64,000 nt of DNA from NCBI RefSeq assembly GCF_009834535.1, contig NC_045696.1, forward strand, positions 22,322,001 through 22,386,000, written 5' to 3'. This document shows positions 36,706-50,522 of the stretch, in pieces. Position 1 is the first letter of the stretch; every line of letters begins with the position of its first letter. Made by a program: the position numbers and the translations under genes. Source of the stretch: Camelus ferus. Lineage: Eukaryota. Below the pieces are notes generated by a model, which was not told the DNA's origin, did not search any database, and saw nothing but the letters and a program-made list of their open reading frames with translations.

Positions 36706-36912
36706 ATACTAAGAAAAATCAAGGACCTTACCATTCCTACAGTTCCAATATTTTTTGTTATTTACATTATTATTATTATTGTTGTTGTTGTTGTAGTAGT
36801 TTATACACTATGATCTTTAACATTTATTTTCCAGTCTGTAGCAAAATTTCCATAGTAAGTATTATTTATCCATTTTCAGAGTCAATACTCACTGTCAGTT
36901 TTTACTTAAAAA

Positions 36913-37022
36913 TTTTTTTTAATGGAGTTACTGGGTATTAAATCCAGGCCCTCATTGCATGTTAAATAAGCACGTGCTCTACCACTGAGCTATACCCTCT
37001 ACCACTGAGCTATATACCTTCC
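36913..37022 (-). mobile_element. Vic-1-type SINE with a duplicated A-box head
   Basis: CTCTACCACTGAGCTATA occurs twice (36977-36994 and 36997-37014). Confidence 0.85.
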
Positions 37023-37261
37023 TCACTCCTCAGTATCAGTTTTTCACCACAATTTCTGCTTCTGGATTCTTTGCTTTAATCTCAACTGCCTGCTTTTTCT
37101 TAACTAGTAGTTCTTTTAGTGGATCTCGCATTGCCTCACATTTTTCATTTATGAAAATACATACTTGTTAGTTTTATTCTTGAATAACATCTTTTCTAAT
37201 AGATTGTTCTTGGGTTACCCTGCATGTTTTTCTTGGGTCACACTGTGTTTCCCTTTCGGAT

Positions 37262-37790
37262 GATTGTTTTCATTATCTACTGATGCATATCACATTTCTT
37301 GAAATTTTAGACACTAACAACAAGCCTCTGTTATGGTACACAGTTTCTGAGGATCCAGAAAATGGGAGCGGCTTAGCTGTGTGGTTTGGGCTCAGGGTCT
37401 CCAGGACAAGGCATTCAATCTGCGGGCTAGGGCTGCGGGCATCTCAAGGGCTGGCATCCCAAGATGCCTCACTCAGGTGCTTGTTACCAGGAGGCTCTTC
37501 CTGTCTGGCTGATGGCAAAAGACCATGGTGATGCTGCTTTATTGCCTTGGCCTTTGCCTAGCAGCTGGCTCACCCCTGAATGAGTCATCTAAGAGAGAGT
37601 GAGTGCATCCAGGGCAGAAGTGGAGATGCCTGTTATAAAATAGCCTTGGAAGTGCCATGCCGCCATGTCTGCAGGATTCTGTGGTCACACTGACCAACCC
37701 TGTTAAAATGAGGGAGCGGACTGCACAGGGGTGTGAATATCCAGGAGGTGGGGCTTGCCATCGAAGGTCAACTTGGAGGCTCTACTAGGG
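37262..37790 (-). mobile_element. MLT1E/F-type MaLR LTR
   Basis: GGAGCGGCTTAGCTG.GTGGTT.GGGCTCAGGGTCTC..GTGAATATCCAGGAGGTGGGG. Confidence 0.7.
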
Positions 37791-39773
37791 CTCTTCTGTG
37801 TCTGGTATTGAATATTATCTTGGAGAAGTCAGAAGGCAGCCTAAATGCTCAAATGCTCTCCCTTACTACTAGTTTAACCATAAAACCTAGATGGCTGAAA
37901 TTTTTTTTTAAATTTTTGAAGATCATTAGTTTGTGAGTTGAATGTTCTATACCAAATTTGCTTTGGCACTGGTATTTTGTTCTGCTGATTCAGTTTCTGG
38001 CTCATTTCAGGGATTTTTCTTGAATTATATCTTTGAACAAATTTTTTCTTGCATTTCAGTCAAGCTTAGGTTATCTTTATCTCCCATACCTAATAGCCCC
38101 TCTCCGATTGCTTCTGTCTTTGGCTTTTTCATTCTGCTTTCCTTGTGGTGATCTCTTAGTAATGAAATTTCCACCTGCCTTTATCTCACCCCTTGCCATT
38201 CATTATCGATTCATTAGTTGTGTCTTAATATTGTTTTGGTTCTTACTTTTTTCCCTTTAGGATTGCAATATTTCTCTTTTCAAAGTTATCATTCTGCTAT
38301 TTGACTATTTTATCTGAGAGTTCTTGATTTATTCAATTCATGTTTTCATTAAGCTATTTTATAGTGTAAAATAATTGTAAGATACTTCCTTCTGTTCCAT
38401 TCTTTACAATATGTGGCCCTAAATATCTCCCAGTATGATTTGGTCAGACAAGCAAAAGCAAGAGAGTATAGAAATAGTATTAAATAACTCATTGCAACTT
38501 TCAGTTCTCTCAGGTCTGAGGCACTACAAATAAGTGATTTTTTTCCTCAGCTCATATGAACATGATGAGGGAATGGATAATAGTTAAATAGCTATGTGGC
38601 CTTACCAGTTCTGAGATGTCAGTAAAATATGAAAAAGACAACCTGAGTGCAGGTTTAGTAAAAGGAAGTTACCATAATGTCTAGCACTTTTTTCACCCTA
38701 AAATGATATAATCATTGATCCTTCTTACAAGAAACTCCTAGAGATTATCCAGATTCTTTCACTGGAATTTTGTCATATTAAGTATTATTTAAAATAAGTT
38801 AGCCATCAGGAGGAAGAAGTTTGGGATATCATTTTGATTCCTAAAGCTGATAGATGTAATTGATTTGTCTTTGTCTATTTTATGCCCATTTGCAATTTTA
38901 TCGAAATCAAAGTTGGCCAGATATTCAGTCAAAACATCTGAAACAGCTACTGCCATTGACTCCCCCATCAGTCATTTCTATTTCCAGAATTGTTTTATGT
39001 ATCTAAACCCAAGTATGTACATGTCTTTTAAAATACTCATATATACACATAAATAGGGACATACTAGAGATACTTTTTTGTCCCTGCTTTTTTACTTATT
39101 GATGTTGGAACCTTTTCCTATCAGAACATAGAGATTTAATTCAATTTAAGAAGTACCATGATTAGTTACCCTATTCTCTGCAGATAAATATTTATTTCCT
39201 TTTGTGCATGTATAAACACTGCTGCAGTTAGCATCTTTATTCATATACCTATGTGTGTACATGTCTATAGGACAAATTCCCAGGAGGAATTCATGCAATT
39301 CTTAATGTAGGATAAATATGACCTACAAGACAGCTTTCTATAAAAGAGACTTCACTTTACTTGTGTCTTTTGAGCCTGGGAAACTCAAATTTTAGGGGAG
39401 TTTATCATATTTGGGGTCTTCCTTAAGAATGCCTGAAGGTCTTTGAAAATTGTGTTTTTTTCACCTTTTTATATGATAATGTTTAATTGGTACTTTAAAA
39501 AAAAATTATTGTACTGAAATTATATAATTGATGAACTAGGTACAGTTTGTTTACCCTGGGAATGAGTGACATCTCTGGGCAGAAGACTGTTCTGAGTGTA
39601 GTCTGGTGTTTGCCATTCATGTTGTTCTAGGCCAGTCTAGGTCCTAACTTGAGGGTTTGTAATTAAAGACTAAGTTAAAATGGGCAGAGCTATTTGTTGC
39701 ATGGAATATGGAGAGTGGTATCTTCCCCTTACTTCTTACCAATAATGACAATATCAGCACTTTGCTTAGCTCA

Positions 39774-40165
39774 TGCTATAGACTGAACGCTTGGGTCCTG
39801 TCAAAATTCCTATGTTGAAATCATAACCCGCAGTGTGGTGATATTAGGATGGGTCCTCTTAGAGGAGATTAGATCATGAGGGTGCAGCCTTCATAAATGA
39901 GATTAATGCCCTTATGAAAGAGACTCCAGAGAGTTAGGGTTAGGGAGGAGACCCCAGAAAATTTCTTGCATCTTCTACCATGTGAAGACACAATGAGAAG
40001 ATGGCTCTCCCTGAACCAGAAAGCAGGCTCTCAACAGACACCAAACCTGCCAGCACCTTGGTCTTGGACGTCCTAGCCTTGAGAAGTGTTCGAAATAAAT
40101 GTGTGTTGTTTGTAAGCCACTCAGTCCATGATATTCTGTTATAGCAGCCCAAATAGATTAAGACA
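39774..40165 (+). mobile_element. MLT1A-type MaLR LTR
   Basis: TGCTATAGACTGAA...GTTATAGCAGCCCAAATAGATTAAGACA. Confidence 0.88.
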
Positions 40166-41924
40166 GTTTTTAATAAGTACTCAATAAATGTTACCTAAAT
40201 GCTCGATGTTAACTAATGCATTATATCATTTAATCATTATCACAACTCTATCAGGGAAGGGCCATTAAAATTCCCACTGGATGAATATACAAATGTTTGT
40301 CAGTATTAATATACCTAGTAAATGGCACCATTGGAATTTGAACCTAGGCCATCTGACTTCACAGATTAAACAAAGGAGATGTTGCCTTCTCCAGCAGACA
40401 GTGGCCCCAAAACAGCATACCTCTGCAAGTAAAATAGCAGTGGCAGCAACTTCAGCAAACATTGGCGTCACAGTCGCTCGCTACTCAGCAGATTGAAAGT
40501 GACCAGAGTCATATCTAACAACTACAGAGTGTTGAAGTAAGAGAGAGAGAAAAAAAAAAATGGTTCCAAGAACTAGACCAACCTGCTCGGGGCCAATAGT
40601 CATTAGTCTCTCCTAGAACAATTTTGGAAGAATAGGAGAAAACTGGAGTTCTGAAGTGATGCAAGGAGGAGATCTGGGGAAATACAAATTTTTGCTGCTT
40701 TGCTCATAGTCTTATGCTCGGCCTGGCTGACATGAATGTAAATAAGTGTGCATATGCTGTTCCTGTTACATGGGAGAACCAAGATAATAGACCATACGTG
40801 ACCACAAAGGTGTTGACTGTCAGCACCTCCGTGGGGTGTGGGGAAACCTGTAACTGAAAGTGAGAGACGCAGCTCTGTACGTGTTCTCCTAATTGTTTTG
40901 GCTCTGATTCACCTGCTGATCCTTTCGGAACTCTCCTACCAGTCTTTATTCTAGTTGTACCGTACAGATCACGCCGGGCTGGGAACTTTCTGGTATGGAG
41001 CTAAATATAGAAAGTGTATAGAATTCAGTCTGTCTACGACTGTTCACAATTCAGTTGGAAATGCTCACTTTTCATTCACATCGTGCTAATTGTTCTAGAT
41101 ATTTCTGTTTCTGTTCACTGTAGTCAGCTTTGTGTATGTGGTATGATTCTCCTTTTTCCCTCGACAAAATGGCTTTCTTTTTTGCTTCCACTGCTATTTT
41201 TTATTGATGACCTGGTTTTGGAGGGAAGTTCGCAGTGGAGTGCTTTATGAGGATTCCCATTATTTAGAAGCAATTTACACTGGTTATTTGGGACATGACT
41301 CAATGCCATTGCCTTACCCCCCTCCCTACCCCATTATTTAAACTGATTACGTAGCCTGAAGCAAGAAATGTATTTGCATATGAAGAACAAATAGTGAACA
41401 ATGAGGATTTGGAGGCTGCTTTAGATTTTAGGCTAGACCTTGTTCTTCCAGACTGTGACCTTGGGTAACATACTTAACCTCTCTAATCCTGTTTCCACGA
41501 CTGTAAAATGGCGATTAAATGATTAAATGACACCCAGCAAGAATTCTACAAGGCTCTGCTTCCTGTTTCTTTTCCATGTTTTAATTGCTTACAAGTGGAC
41601 AGTTCTCTGTTATTTACTTATTTTGAAAGATATTTTTTATTTTGGTAAAGTAGTGTTGGGAACTAACATTTTTCCTTGTGGTTGTGAAAACCAGAAAATT
41701 TTCTAAAATTTACAGCTTTTTTTTTTTGTCCTTTGTTTACCAACTGCTTCTGACAAGATTAAAAAAATTAAATTTGCTCAGAGATTTCACTGTCTATCAA
41801 GTGATTATCAGTCTGGTAATGATTTTCTCAAGCAGAATTCTTGAATTTTTGGAATTAAAAAAATGAGAATGAGAAATTTATTCAGAAGGCAGAAGATGTT
41901 GGTGAACTAAGAACTAATGACTTT

Positions 41925-42690
41925 TTTTTAATTGTGGTGAAGTATAAATAATTAAAAAAATTGCCATTTTAACCATTTTTAAGTGTAAATTTCAGTGGCA
42001 GTAGGTACACTTACACTGTTATGCAGCCATCATCACCATCCATCTCTAGAACTTTTTCATCTTCTGTATCAACTGAAAACAAACAAACAAACAAAAAGCT
42101 TAAACACTTAAAACTTAAAACACATACTTAAAAGTTGAGAGTTATATTATATTTAGGGAACTTACTGAGAACTATAGCCCTGGATACAGCCTCTCAGATA
42201 GCTCCAAAGAAGTTAGGGAGAAGCCAGAATACGTAAGAGTTTTTGCTAAAAAACAAAAACAAAGACAAAAACACATGTAGTTGAACATCAAAAGATTACT
42301 GCTAGTCACAAAGAACAGACTTTGGAGGTTAACAATTTCAGTGCTTTTTGATGAATATGTAGATACAAGAATCTGGGCTCACTGAATTTATTCCTTTGGC
42401 AAACACCTTAACTGTCTAAGGCCAGGAACTGGTTTTTCTCCATCCTGAATTCCCCTCAGGGCACACTGCAGGGGTTGCAGTGGCTGATGACTTGATGGAG
42501 GGCAACACTCTGTTGTTTACTGGAATGGCTGACGATATTTTTTGTTTACTGAAATGGCAGGCAACAGTTTTTTTTTTTTTTTTTTTTTTTGGTCCACATC
42601 CCCAAATGAAACTCTGTACCCATTAAACAATAACTCCTCATTCTCCCCTCTCCCCAGCCTCTGGTAACCACCAGGCAGCTATCTGTGAGA
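41925..42690 (-). mobile_element. L1MB-like 3' end interrupted by an LTR
   Basis: TTAATTGTGG..ACCATTTTTAAGTGT..AACTTTTTCATCT | CCCAAATGAAACTCTGTACCCATTAAACAATAACTCC. Confidence 0.8.
42067..42598 (-). mobile_element. Solo ERV1 LTR, MER41-like (ungulate type)
   Basis: Reverse complement starts TGTGGAC and ends ~TTTCAGTTGATA; homologous to 15519-15950. Confidence 0.8.
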
Positions 42691-43962
42691 GCAGATATTT
42701 TTAAGGAGAAAGAAAATGGGATGGTGCTTCCATAGCTTGTGACAGGCATTGCATTTCCGCCCCAGGTCTGTGCTTTCCCACAAAATTTTAATCTGCCTTC
42801 TCTCCACAGCGACCTCCCAGAGGAATGCCCGGTTTGACCAGAGCACCTGGCTCTCGGGGCTGCCCCATCCCCACCTGCTGCTTCTGAGAAATCAGTCCTA
42901 GCCTTGATATCCAGTGTTAGGCTCTGCTCAGCCTCTGACTGTTCCTTTCAAGCCTTGAATTTCAGGTGCGGGACTTCAGCAGGTTTGACACCAGCCTGCC
43001 AGTCCCAGCTCAGTTTCTACCGCACCAAGAACTTACCGTTCAGAACCCACCTCTGGTTCCTCCAGCTCAAATACTGACCCGGTAAAGGCATTATAGACCG
43101 CGGTGCTTATCTGTAAACTGATGAGGGTGAATTAGGCAACCTCAAAGGTATTTTCAGCTCTAAAAGTAGTTACTGTCTGGTTCAAGACAAACAAATCCTG
43201 ATGTCCTAATGTGATAGGTTAGATAAGGTTCTCCTGTGGAAATTCCCTCCTGGTGTAAGTCATATTTTGACAGAAACAGAAATGCTAAAAACATTATGTT
43301 TGCTTTGAAAGTTCAGCTAATGGTCAGCAAAGCTTCATGGAATTTAGGAGAAAGGATGATCTGTTAGTTCAAAGAATTTCATATCCTGCATATAATCCTG
43401 AAAAAAATTGGTGATCTCCTAGGAGCCTTTGGATGGACTTGGTGTGCTAGCTTTGCATAAAGTTGTTTTGACTTTCACTCTAATACATCCTTAGCCCAGG
43501 TGAAGGCAAGTAGCTTGCTATTTGATACGGAGATTTACATTTCAAGGCTACTCAGTATTAAATCATCTTCTGGTAAAAGAAGAGTAAGAGGGTCATTGTG
43601 TGTATTTTATTATGTGTAAACTCCCAGGAAAACAAGTGGTGAGGCTGAGAGAGCTCACTCAAATTCTAGCAGATAAGAAAGTGGCTTATGTAAAAGCTCT
43701 CTTATTGGGTGAGTTACTCATTTCTTCTGGCCAAGAGAGCCAGCAGGGTCATGTGACTGCTAAGCTTTCTAAGGAAGTGAAAACAAAATGTGGAGAGAAT
43801 AACCATGTTTATTTCCAGTACAGACCCTCTGCTTAAGGTAAAATCACCTCTTAAATCTTTAGCTTTCATTCCTCTGTAACCAGATGGTTACTTTTCAGGA
43901 TCTTTAATAGTTTGGATTAATTAATTAAATTCAGATCAAACTTGATTATACCTCTAGTTCAG

Positions 43963-44094
43963 CTGTTTTTTTGTTTTTGTTTTTTGTGGGGGGAGGGGTA
44001 ATTATTTATCTATTTAATGGAGGTACTGGGGATTCGAACTCAGGACCTTGTGCATGCTAAGTACTTGTTCTACCACTGAGCTATACCCTCCTCC
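43963..44094 (-). mobile_element. Vic-1-type SINE with 12-bp TSD
   Basis: TSD CCTCTAGTTCAG at 43951-43962 and 44095-44106. Confidence 0.92.
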
Positions 44095-44103
44095 CCTCTA
44101 GTT

Positions 44104-44272
44104 CAGTGGTTCTTAACCTGAGCCCATTAGAAGCATCAGGGGAAAAGAAAAATATTGATGCTGTTGCCTTAACCCAGAGAACTGATATAATTGGTTTGGG
44201 GTGGGGCCTGGTCATCAATATTTTTTAATAGTTCCCAGGTGATTCTCCTGGGTTGAAGGTTGAGAACCACTA
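44104..44272. mobile_element. MER5-type hAT MITE
   Basis: TIRs CAGTGGTTCTTAAC / GTTGAGAACCACT. Confidence 0.8.
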
Positions 44273-44691
44273 GTCTAACTTTTGTCCTGAATGTATCTTT
44301 CCTTTCAAAAAAAGAAAAAAAAAAGACCTTATTGACTTTCCCAATGTCTATAGCTGTGATCTCAATTTTTGATTGCACACATCTATTAGTTAAAAAAAAA
44401 TTAGAGCACATACAAATACCTGTGTGTATGTACTATGCTAATATATTATCTGTATTATAAAACAGAAAATCAGATATTTATAAAAGTATGAATAATAATA
44501 AATATTTTCTTCCTATATTCCTGAGCATCCTTTTAGCCACTCTACTTTGGAAACCTTTGTTTCACAGGATAAAGTCCAAATTCCTTAGCACAGAATTCAA
44601 GGTTTTCTCCAAACAGAATTTCATCTCTCTTTTATCATTGTTATATCCCATACTGTCTTAGTTTACTGACTGATTGATTGTTGTATTTCCA

Positions 44692-45065
44692 ATGGTCTTA
44701 GGTCCACTTTCCTGGGAAGTAGACTTAGAGACAGAGATGTGCATGAAGAGAGTTTATTGAGAAGTGAAGGATGTAGGTAGGATTGGGCAGAAGATGGAGG
44801 AGATGCAGTTGCAACAAAGAGTTCTGGAGCTGGGTTGACCCTTCACTGATGCTCCACCTTGAGGCAAGGGCGTTAGGCTTCATATTCCCACTCTCCATCC
44901 AACGTTAAGTACATTAAGTAGTAATTTGTGTGGGCTACTCATGGGAAATCTGGGGTTTTTTTTGACGGCAAATCCCAGGGAGCCATCACACGCCAGCCTG
45001 CCAGCTGTTGGGGGAATGAATGCCTCAGTCCTAGAGGGGATCTGGGATGCTCGTCATAGCATTCA
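44692..45065 (-). mobile_element. ERVL LTR16/33-like LTR
   Basis: GTCTTAGGTC..GGAAGTAGAC..GAGTTTATTG...GGGGAATGAATGCCTCAGTCCT..GGGGATCTGGG. Confidence 0.6.
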
Positions 45066-48000
45066 TTTTGTTCCCTGCTTTTATGAGTTAACACAGTTGT
45101 TCCTTACACTGGAATGTTTTACCCTCAATCTCTGCACACAGAAACCTATCATTCCTCATAGGCCCAACTCAAAATGCCACCAGAGACTCAACTCAAAATG
45201 CCACCACCTCCTTGAAGTTTCCCTGTACTCCCTTGTAGTACCAGGAGACAGAGTAGAGAGAGTCACAGACACCTAGGTTTGGATACTGGGTTTTAGGGAG
45301 CTTAGTTGGGTAAATTATTTGACTTCTCTGAGTCTGACTATAACTATTGAGACCTGCTCTACAGGATTCTTGTAAGGATTAATTGAAAAACTCACTCAGT
45401 GATGACGATGTTTTCTTTCTAGCTTTCACTTTCTCATCTCCAGATTTCTATAGAAGTCTTAAATGATTTAAATGACAAAATAGGATGCTGTGATGATTTT
45501 TTCCTATTTATTCAATTTAAAATCCTACACTTTATTCTAAGGTAATGTGTCATCTACTTTTATGAAAAATTGATTTTTTTTCAGCGTTATGAAAATCTGG
45601 TAGCAGGTTAGCAGATTTTTTTGCACAACAAATTCATGATGGTATAAATTATGTAACAGTGGATTTTTGAAGTAATCTTAATTAGGAAAATAAACTTTTG
45701 TCATATATACATGCAAATATATGCATTAATTTAAAAAAATTATTGGTTCATGAAATTTAAGAATGTGCAGATACATGCAGTGAATCTTAGCACTGGTCCA
45801 TTATGCTAATATATATTAGATGTATATTAACATATTATACATATGCTAATATTATTTGTCATTAACTACTTCTGTAAGGATCAATTATTAAGCACCTATA
45901 GCACCTATAATATAGAAAACTTTTAAATTTGTGCTATTAGAAAAAACAAAGATAGATGAAATAGGATCCCTATTGTGAAGGAGCTTGAAATTATTTAACA
46001 GATGAAAAAGTAAACAATGATACACATGTTTCAAATAACATTTTTTTTTTAAAGGGAGGTCAGTGGAATAGTTCAGATCATTTATGTAATTGGTGCTAAC
46101 ATTTCTGAATATACCACTGAATTTCATAGGCCAGGCTGGTGTGGAGACATTCTCTCAAAGCATGGAGAGAATTTACATAGGCAATGAAGTCCCTGATTAG
46201 TAGTGGCCTGATCTGGTATGACTTTGCATATCACACACTGCTTGATATGTGCTTAGGCCCTCAGTTAAAAAAATAAAAAAGTAACACACACACAGTTTAG
46301 ATAAATGCTGACTGTTTAAATTGGGTAGCTGGAGAAGAATGGGGAAGGATTCCAGGTCAGTGACAGAGTCTGAGGGAAACCGCAGAGATGACAGAGTTCA
46401 AGACGTGCTGGGAGGTCAAAGGGCACGTGTGGGGTGGAAGCGGAGCGCTCTTACAGGAGCAGGATGGGCAAGGGGAGGTGGGGTGGGGGAGACTTCTTAG
46501 AGCTTAAATAATAGATTTAGATTGTCCTCGGCATGAAACAGGGAGAATGCATAAGAGCGGGCTAAGGAAACACAAATCTGAGCAAGTTGCTTTCAGGATC
46601 CAGGATTTACATGGGTTAAGTCTGAATTCCTCAAGCAGACTTCCATTCTTAATTCTCCAATCTCTCTTCATTCCGTAATCTCCTTGTTTACGCACTCTTC
46701 TGACATTCCCACGTGGTCACTGCACACACTAGCAAATCCCCCAGTTGGAATTAATCTTCCCATATTCTCAAAGCTCTTCGTTTAATCCATGGTCGTAGCC
46801 CTTGTTAGTTTGCCTTTTGAGTGGGTGTGTGTCTCAGGCACCAGACTGCATGCATATAGCGAGCACATCACATGTCTAAGTCATCTGTGCCCGCCTCCTT
46901 CCAGCACTCAGTCGGTACAGACTAGTATTGAGTGAAGTTTATTTGAAATGTGACTTCTTATTATAAACTAGTGAAAATGCTGAATGCCATTGCCTCTTAC
47001 AAGCTGACATTAATACACATTACAAGTAGGCCCAACATAAAAAGGCACTTAATGAATGGTAAAAGGCAGCGTCATATAAATTCCTGTTTGAAGAATTATT
47101 TCCACCTGAATCACAAGGTGTTTTTGATCCAACTAACATAAGTAGTTGTGTCAAGTCTTAGAAATGCTTGACAGGGGTGAAAAAGAATTATAGCAAAGGT
47201 CGGTTACTATTAGGAAAAAAGTTCTCTTACTGAAAGAACACTTTTACAAATGATAATAAATAAATCCTTCATGATTAGATTTTTATGACCTTCCTGGGTT
47301 GGTAGTATTAAAGAGAAGCAATATTGTAAAACAGCTATACTTTAATTAAAAAAAAAGAAACATTTTTTGGTGGTTGTTATAGCTTGATTAAAAAAAATAG
47401 AAAGAATGGTCATGATAATCGAACTTGACTTTCTGTTGTCAATGAGGGTCATGTCAGCTGTTTGGGGTGCAGGGCTGGACTTTATTCCGCTGGTTGATAA
47501 GCATTATCAACATTTTACAAGACAGAAAGTTTCAATGAAACTGATATTTTTATTGCCAAGTTCATAGTTGGTTTCGAATGTCTGCCTGCTTTGTGCTTAC
47601 ATTGGTCACTAAGTATACTTTCACGTCAGGGGTAGAGAGAGGGGCACCAGATGGAGGTTTCTGGTGTCTTGGCCAGAAGAACACACACCTGGGCTGTTCA
47701 TTAATGAATAACCAGCATGTATGAATGAATAACATAATGAATGTACAATAATCTGCTTATTGAAAAATGTTTGTTAATCACTCTCAGAGGGCCCAGGCTA
47801 GGTGACTATGTCATTCATACTTTTTAAATGACCTTCACTAAATATACAACTGCAGGGAATGCCCTCTGTGGCTCGGCTCCAGGGAATGTAATGAAAATAG
47901 TGCTCTCTGGAGTTGGGGAACCTGGAAGTTCTGCCCACCATAGAAAGTGTTCAGTAATGATTCCTGAATGAAGGAATGACTGACCTAAAAGGTTCATTCG

Positions 48001-49698
48001 GAATGTTAAGGCGAAAGTCTGGCAAAAGCCATTTTTGAAACTCGGGCCATTATTATGGTATTAGTCTGAACAGTGTGACCCATGAATAAACATGACAGTG
48101 TCAAATTAGCCACTGCAGATGCTTAAGGAAGCATGCCTCCCTAGGAAGATGAGTTAAAAAAAATTCCCCATACAATTACCAGCAAATACGTTTTCTGCTG
48201 GAAATAGTAGGGACAAGTTCAACATCAGTATGAAGTTTAGAAAATCATTTCTGAATATGGTTCTCCCCTTCTTTATCCACTGCCCCTCTCCCCTCTGCCA
48301 TCCCTGGGGCCGAGAGCTGCCCTTTAATTGGAGTAAGAAGCTGTACTGAGTCATATTTGCTATCTTTAATACACAGACATGTGAGAGAGCTGTTTGGTAG
48401 AGGATTTGCTTGCCAGCAAGTGGATTTGTGAAAGTCCAGGCTTCATGCCAGATTCTGGGATGAGGTAGAAGTGGGGACTAGACAGAAAAGCTTGTAGGCT
48501 TTTCAGACTAGAACAGAGAGGCTGCAGATGTAAAACTAGGGTTTAATTTGAGCGGTAATTTAGAGTAGGTGTTGATTTAGGAAGATCTAAAAGATCTAGA
48601 ATTAATGGAAAGGTTAACAACGGGCCTCTTGAAGTGGAAGAATGATGACAGATTATGGAATTCGCTTAGCTCTTAATCATTACGTATTTTAATACCTAGG
48701 TGCTAAAAAGTAGTAGCTGATGGTAAATAGCGGTACATTTTAAATTAGTAGATTTCTTCCCTTCTCTGAATTTCTAACCTTATTTCGTGACCATGAACCT
48801 GACTTTCACCTATAAAGGAACTTCATACTAGGCAGCAAAGCAGAGAGACTAGTGATTTTTCAACTAATGAGTAGGAAAGTACTCATTGAGATTGGGGAAT
48901 TATTATTTGTGTGCTTATTTAAGATATTTATTTGTGTATTTGGTGCCTTGTTCCACAGATAATTTAGGCAGAAATGATAGGTAATTTAGGACAATGCGAC
49001 ACTGATGTGAAACTCGCGCACCCAGCCATCTCCCATATCTGGAAGCCGGGTGAGAAATTAAGAGTAACCCCCCAAATCTCACTGCATAGAAATAGATGTT
49101 ACAAGTTTCATGCATTAAGTCAGTCAGTACTTTTTAGCCATAAAAAAACCACTCAGGCCTTCACTCATTATTTATTTACTTAAATTTTACACATGATTAT
49201 AATAAGCTTGGTTATCTGGGTTCACGTAGCCCACAGGAGACTAGAGCGGCGCACTGCTGCATATTTCCTTGGCATTAACAATTACACAAAGGGCTTTCAC
49301 ATCCATTACTAGCTGCTCGAGGCAGACACAACAGTAACATCAAGAAGTGACCGTTGACTGCCTGACAGCTCCAAGAAGACTGAAGAATTCTAAATAGTCA
49401 GCACATAGACCGCAAGAAAACCCTCGTCTACTGCTGTGATGAGCGGGGAGAAAGGCACACGTCACTCTCCCTGGAGGCATCATCACCACAGTCCAGACTC
49501 AGAGCCCCAGATGAATACAGAGGTCGTCCAGCCAAGCCTCCCAGTCAGCACGTGGTTCACCTCTGTAGTTCTTCTCTCAGGTGGTTAGACTGCCTCTGCT
49601 AAATTCTCTCCAGTTGACAAAGAATTTGTTGATTAATTTTATGTGTCATTGATTGGGTGATGGTGCGGTCAAATATCATTCTGGACGTTTCTGTCAGG

Positions 49699-50082
49699 TT
49701 TTTTTTTTTTTTCACCAACAGCTGCTCACATGTTTTCTTACAAAAGTCGGACAGTGAAAACTTATAATGCTTTAAATTTAACGATCTGCAAAATCCTGTC
49801 TAGCCTGTTACACATTTGTCTATTTTGCATATAAGAATGTACATCAAGCAGGTGAAACTTAAACTTTGCTGTGTATGTAATTGTGTTTGTCACATATATT
49901 ACGTGGTTGCATAGTCACCTGCAAATTTTTCTATAAGCAGACATACACAGACTAGATTTTTTAAAAAGACCGATGTAAAGCTATAACCTTTCTAAGTAAT
50001 GACATGTTTACAATAAATTTAAAAATATCCTCAGAAATAACAGGAAAAATTTAATGCTGAGAGCTACACACACAAAATAATA
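49699..50082 (-). pseudogene. Orphan processed retrocopy (3'UTR-like fragment or 3' transduction)
   Basis: Poly(T) 49699-49712; TSD GTTT(C/A)TGTCAGG at 49687-49698 and 50083-50094; interrupts the MLT2 and does not resemble a repeat I recognise. Confidence 0.75.
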
Positions 50083-50373
50083 GTTTATGTCAGGCAGGTT
50101 TTGGATGAATTAACATTTAAATTGGGGAACTCTGAGTAAAGCAGATTGCCTTCCATAATTTGGGGGTGGGCTTCATCCAATCAGTTGAAGGTCTGGATGG
50201 AACAAAATACTCACCTCCCCTGAGAAAGAGGGAATTTCACAGGAGATGGCTTTTATACTTGAACTATATCATTGGCTCTTCTCTGAGTCTCCAGCCTGCT
50301 GGCCCCACCTTGCAGATTTTGGACTTTCCCAACTCCATATTCATATAAAAAAGTTGTTAAAGTAAATCCCTTT

Positions 50374-50453
50374 GGAGGGTATAGATCAATGGTAGAGCAC
50401 ATGCTTAGCATGCACATGGTCCTGGGTTCAATCCCCAGTAGCTCCTCTGAAAA

Positions 50454-50484
<31 letters not shown>

Positions 50485-50520
50485 ACCTAATTACCCCCTC
50501 CCAAAAAGTAACAACAACAA
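50374..50520 (+). mobile_element. Vic-1-type SINE with (AAAT)n
   Basis: GGAGGGTATAGATCAATGG..GGTCCTGGGTTCAATCCCCAG. Confidence 0.9.
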
Positions 50521-50522
50521 AA

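Noticed and set aside
45165..45206. Local tandem duplications (also 55015-55046 and 59174-59200)
   Set aside because: Two-copy slippage duplications with no spacer-repeat array structure; not CRISPR-like or evidently functional.
49238..49258. CTCF-like strings here and at ~26655 and ~62578
   Set aside because: Each has an indel or mismatch in the invariant core.
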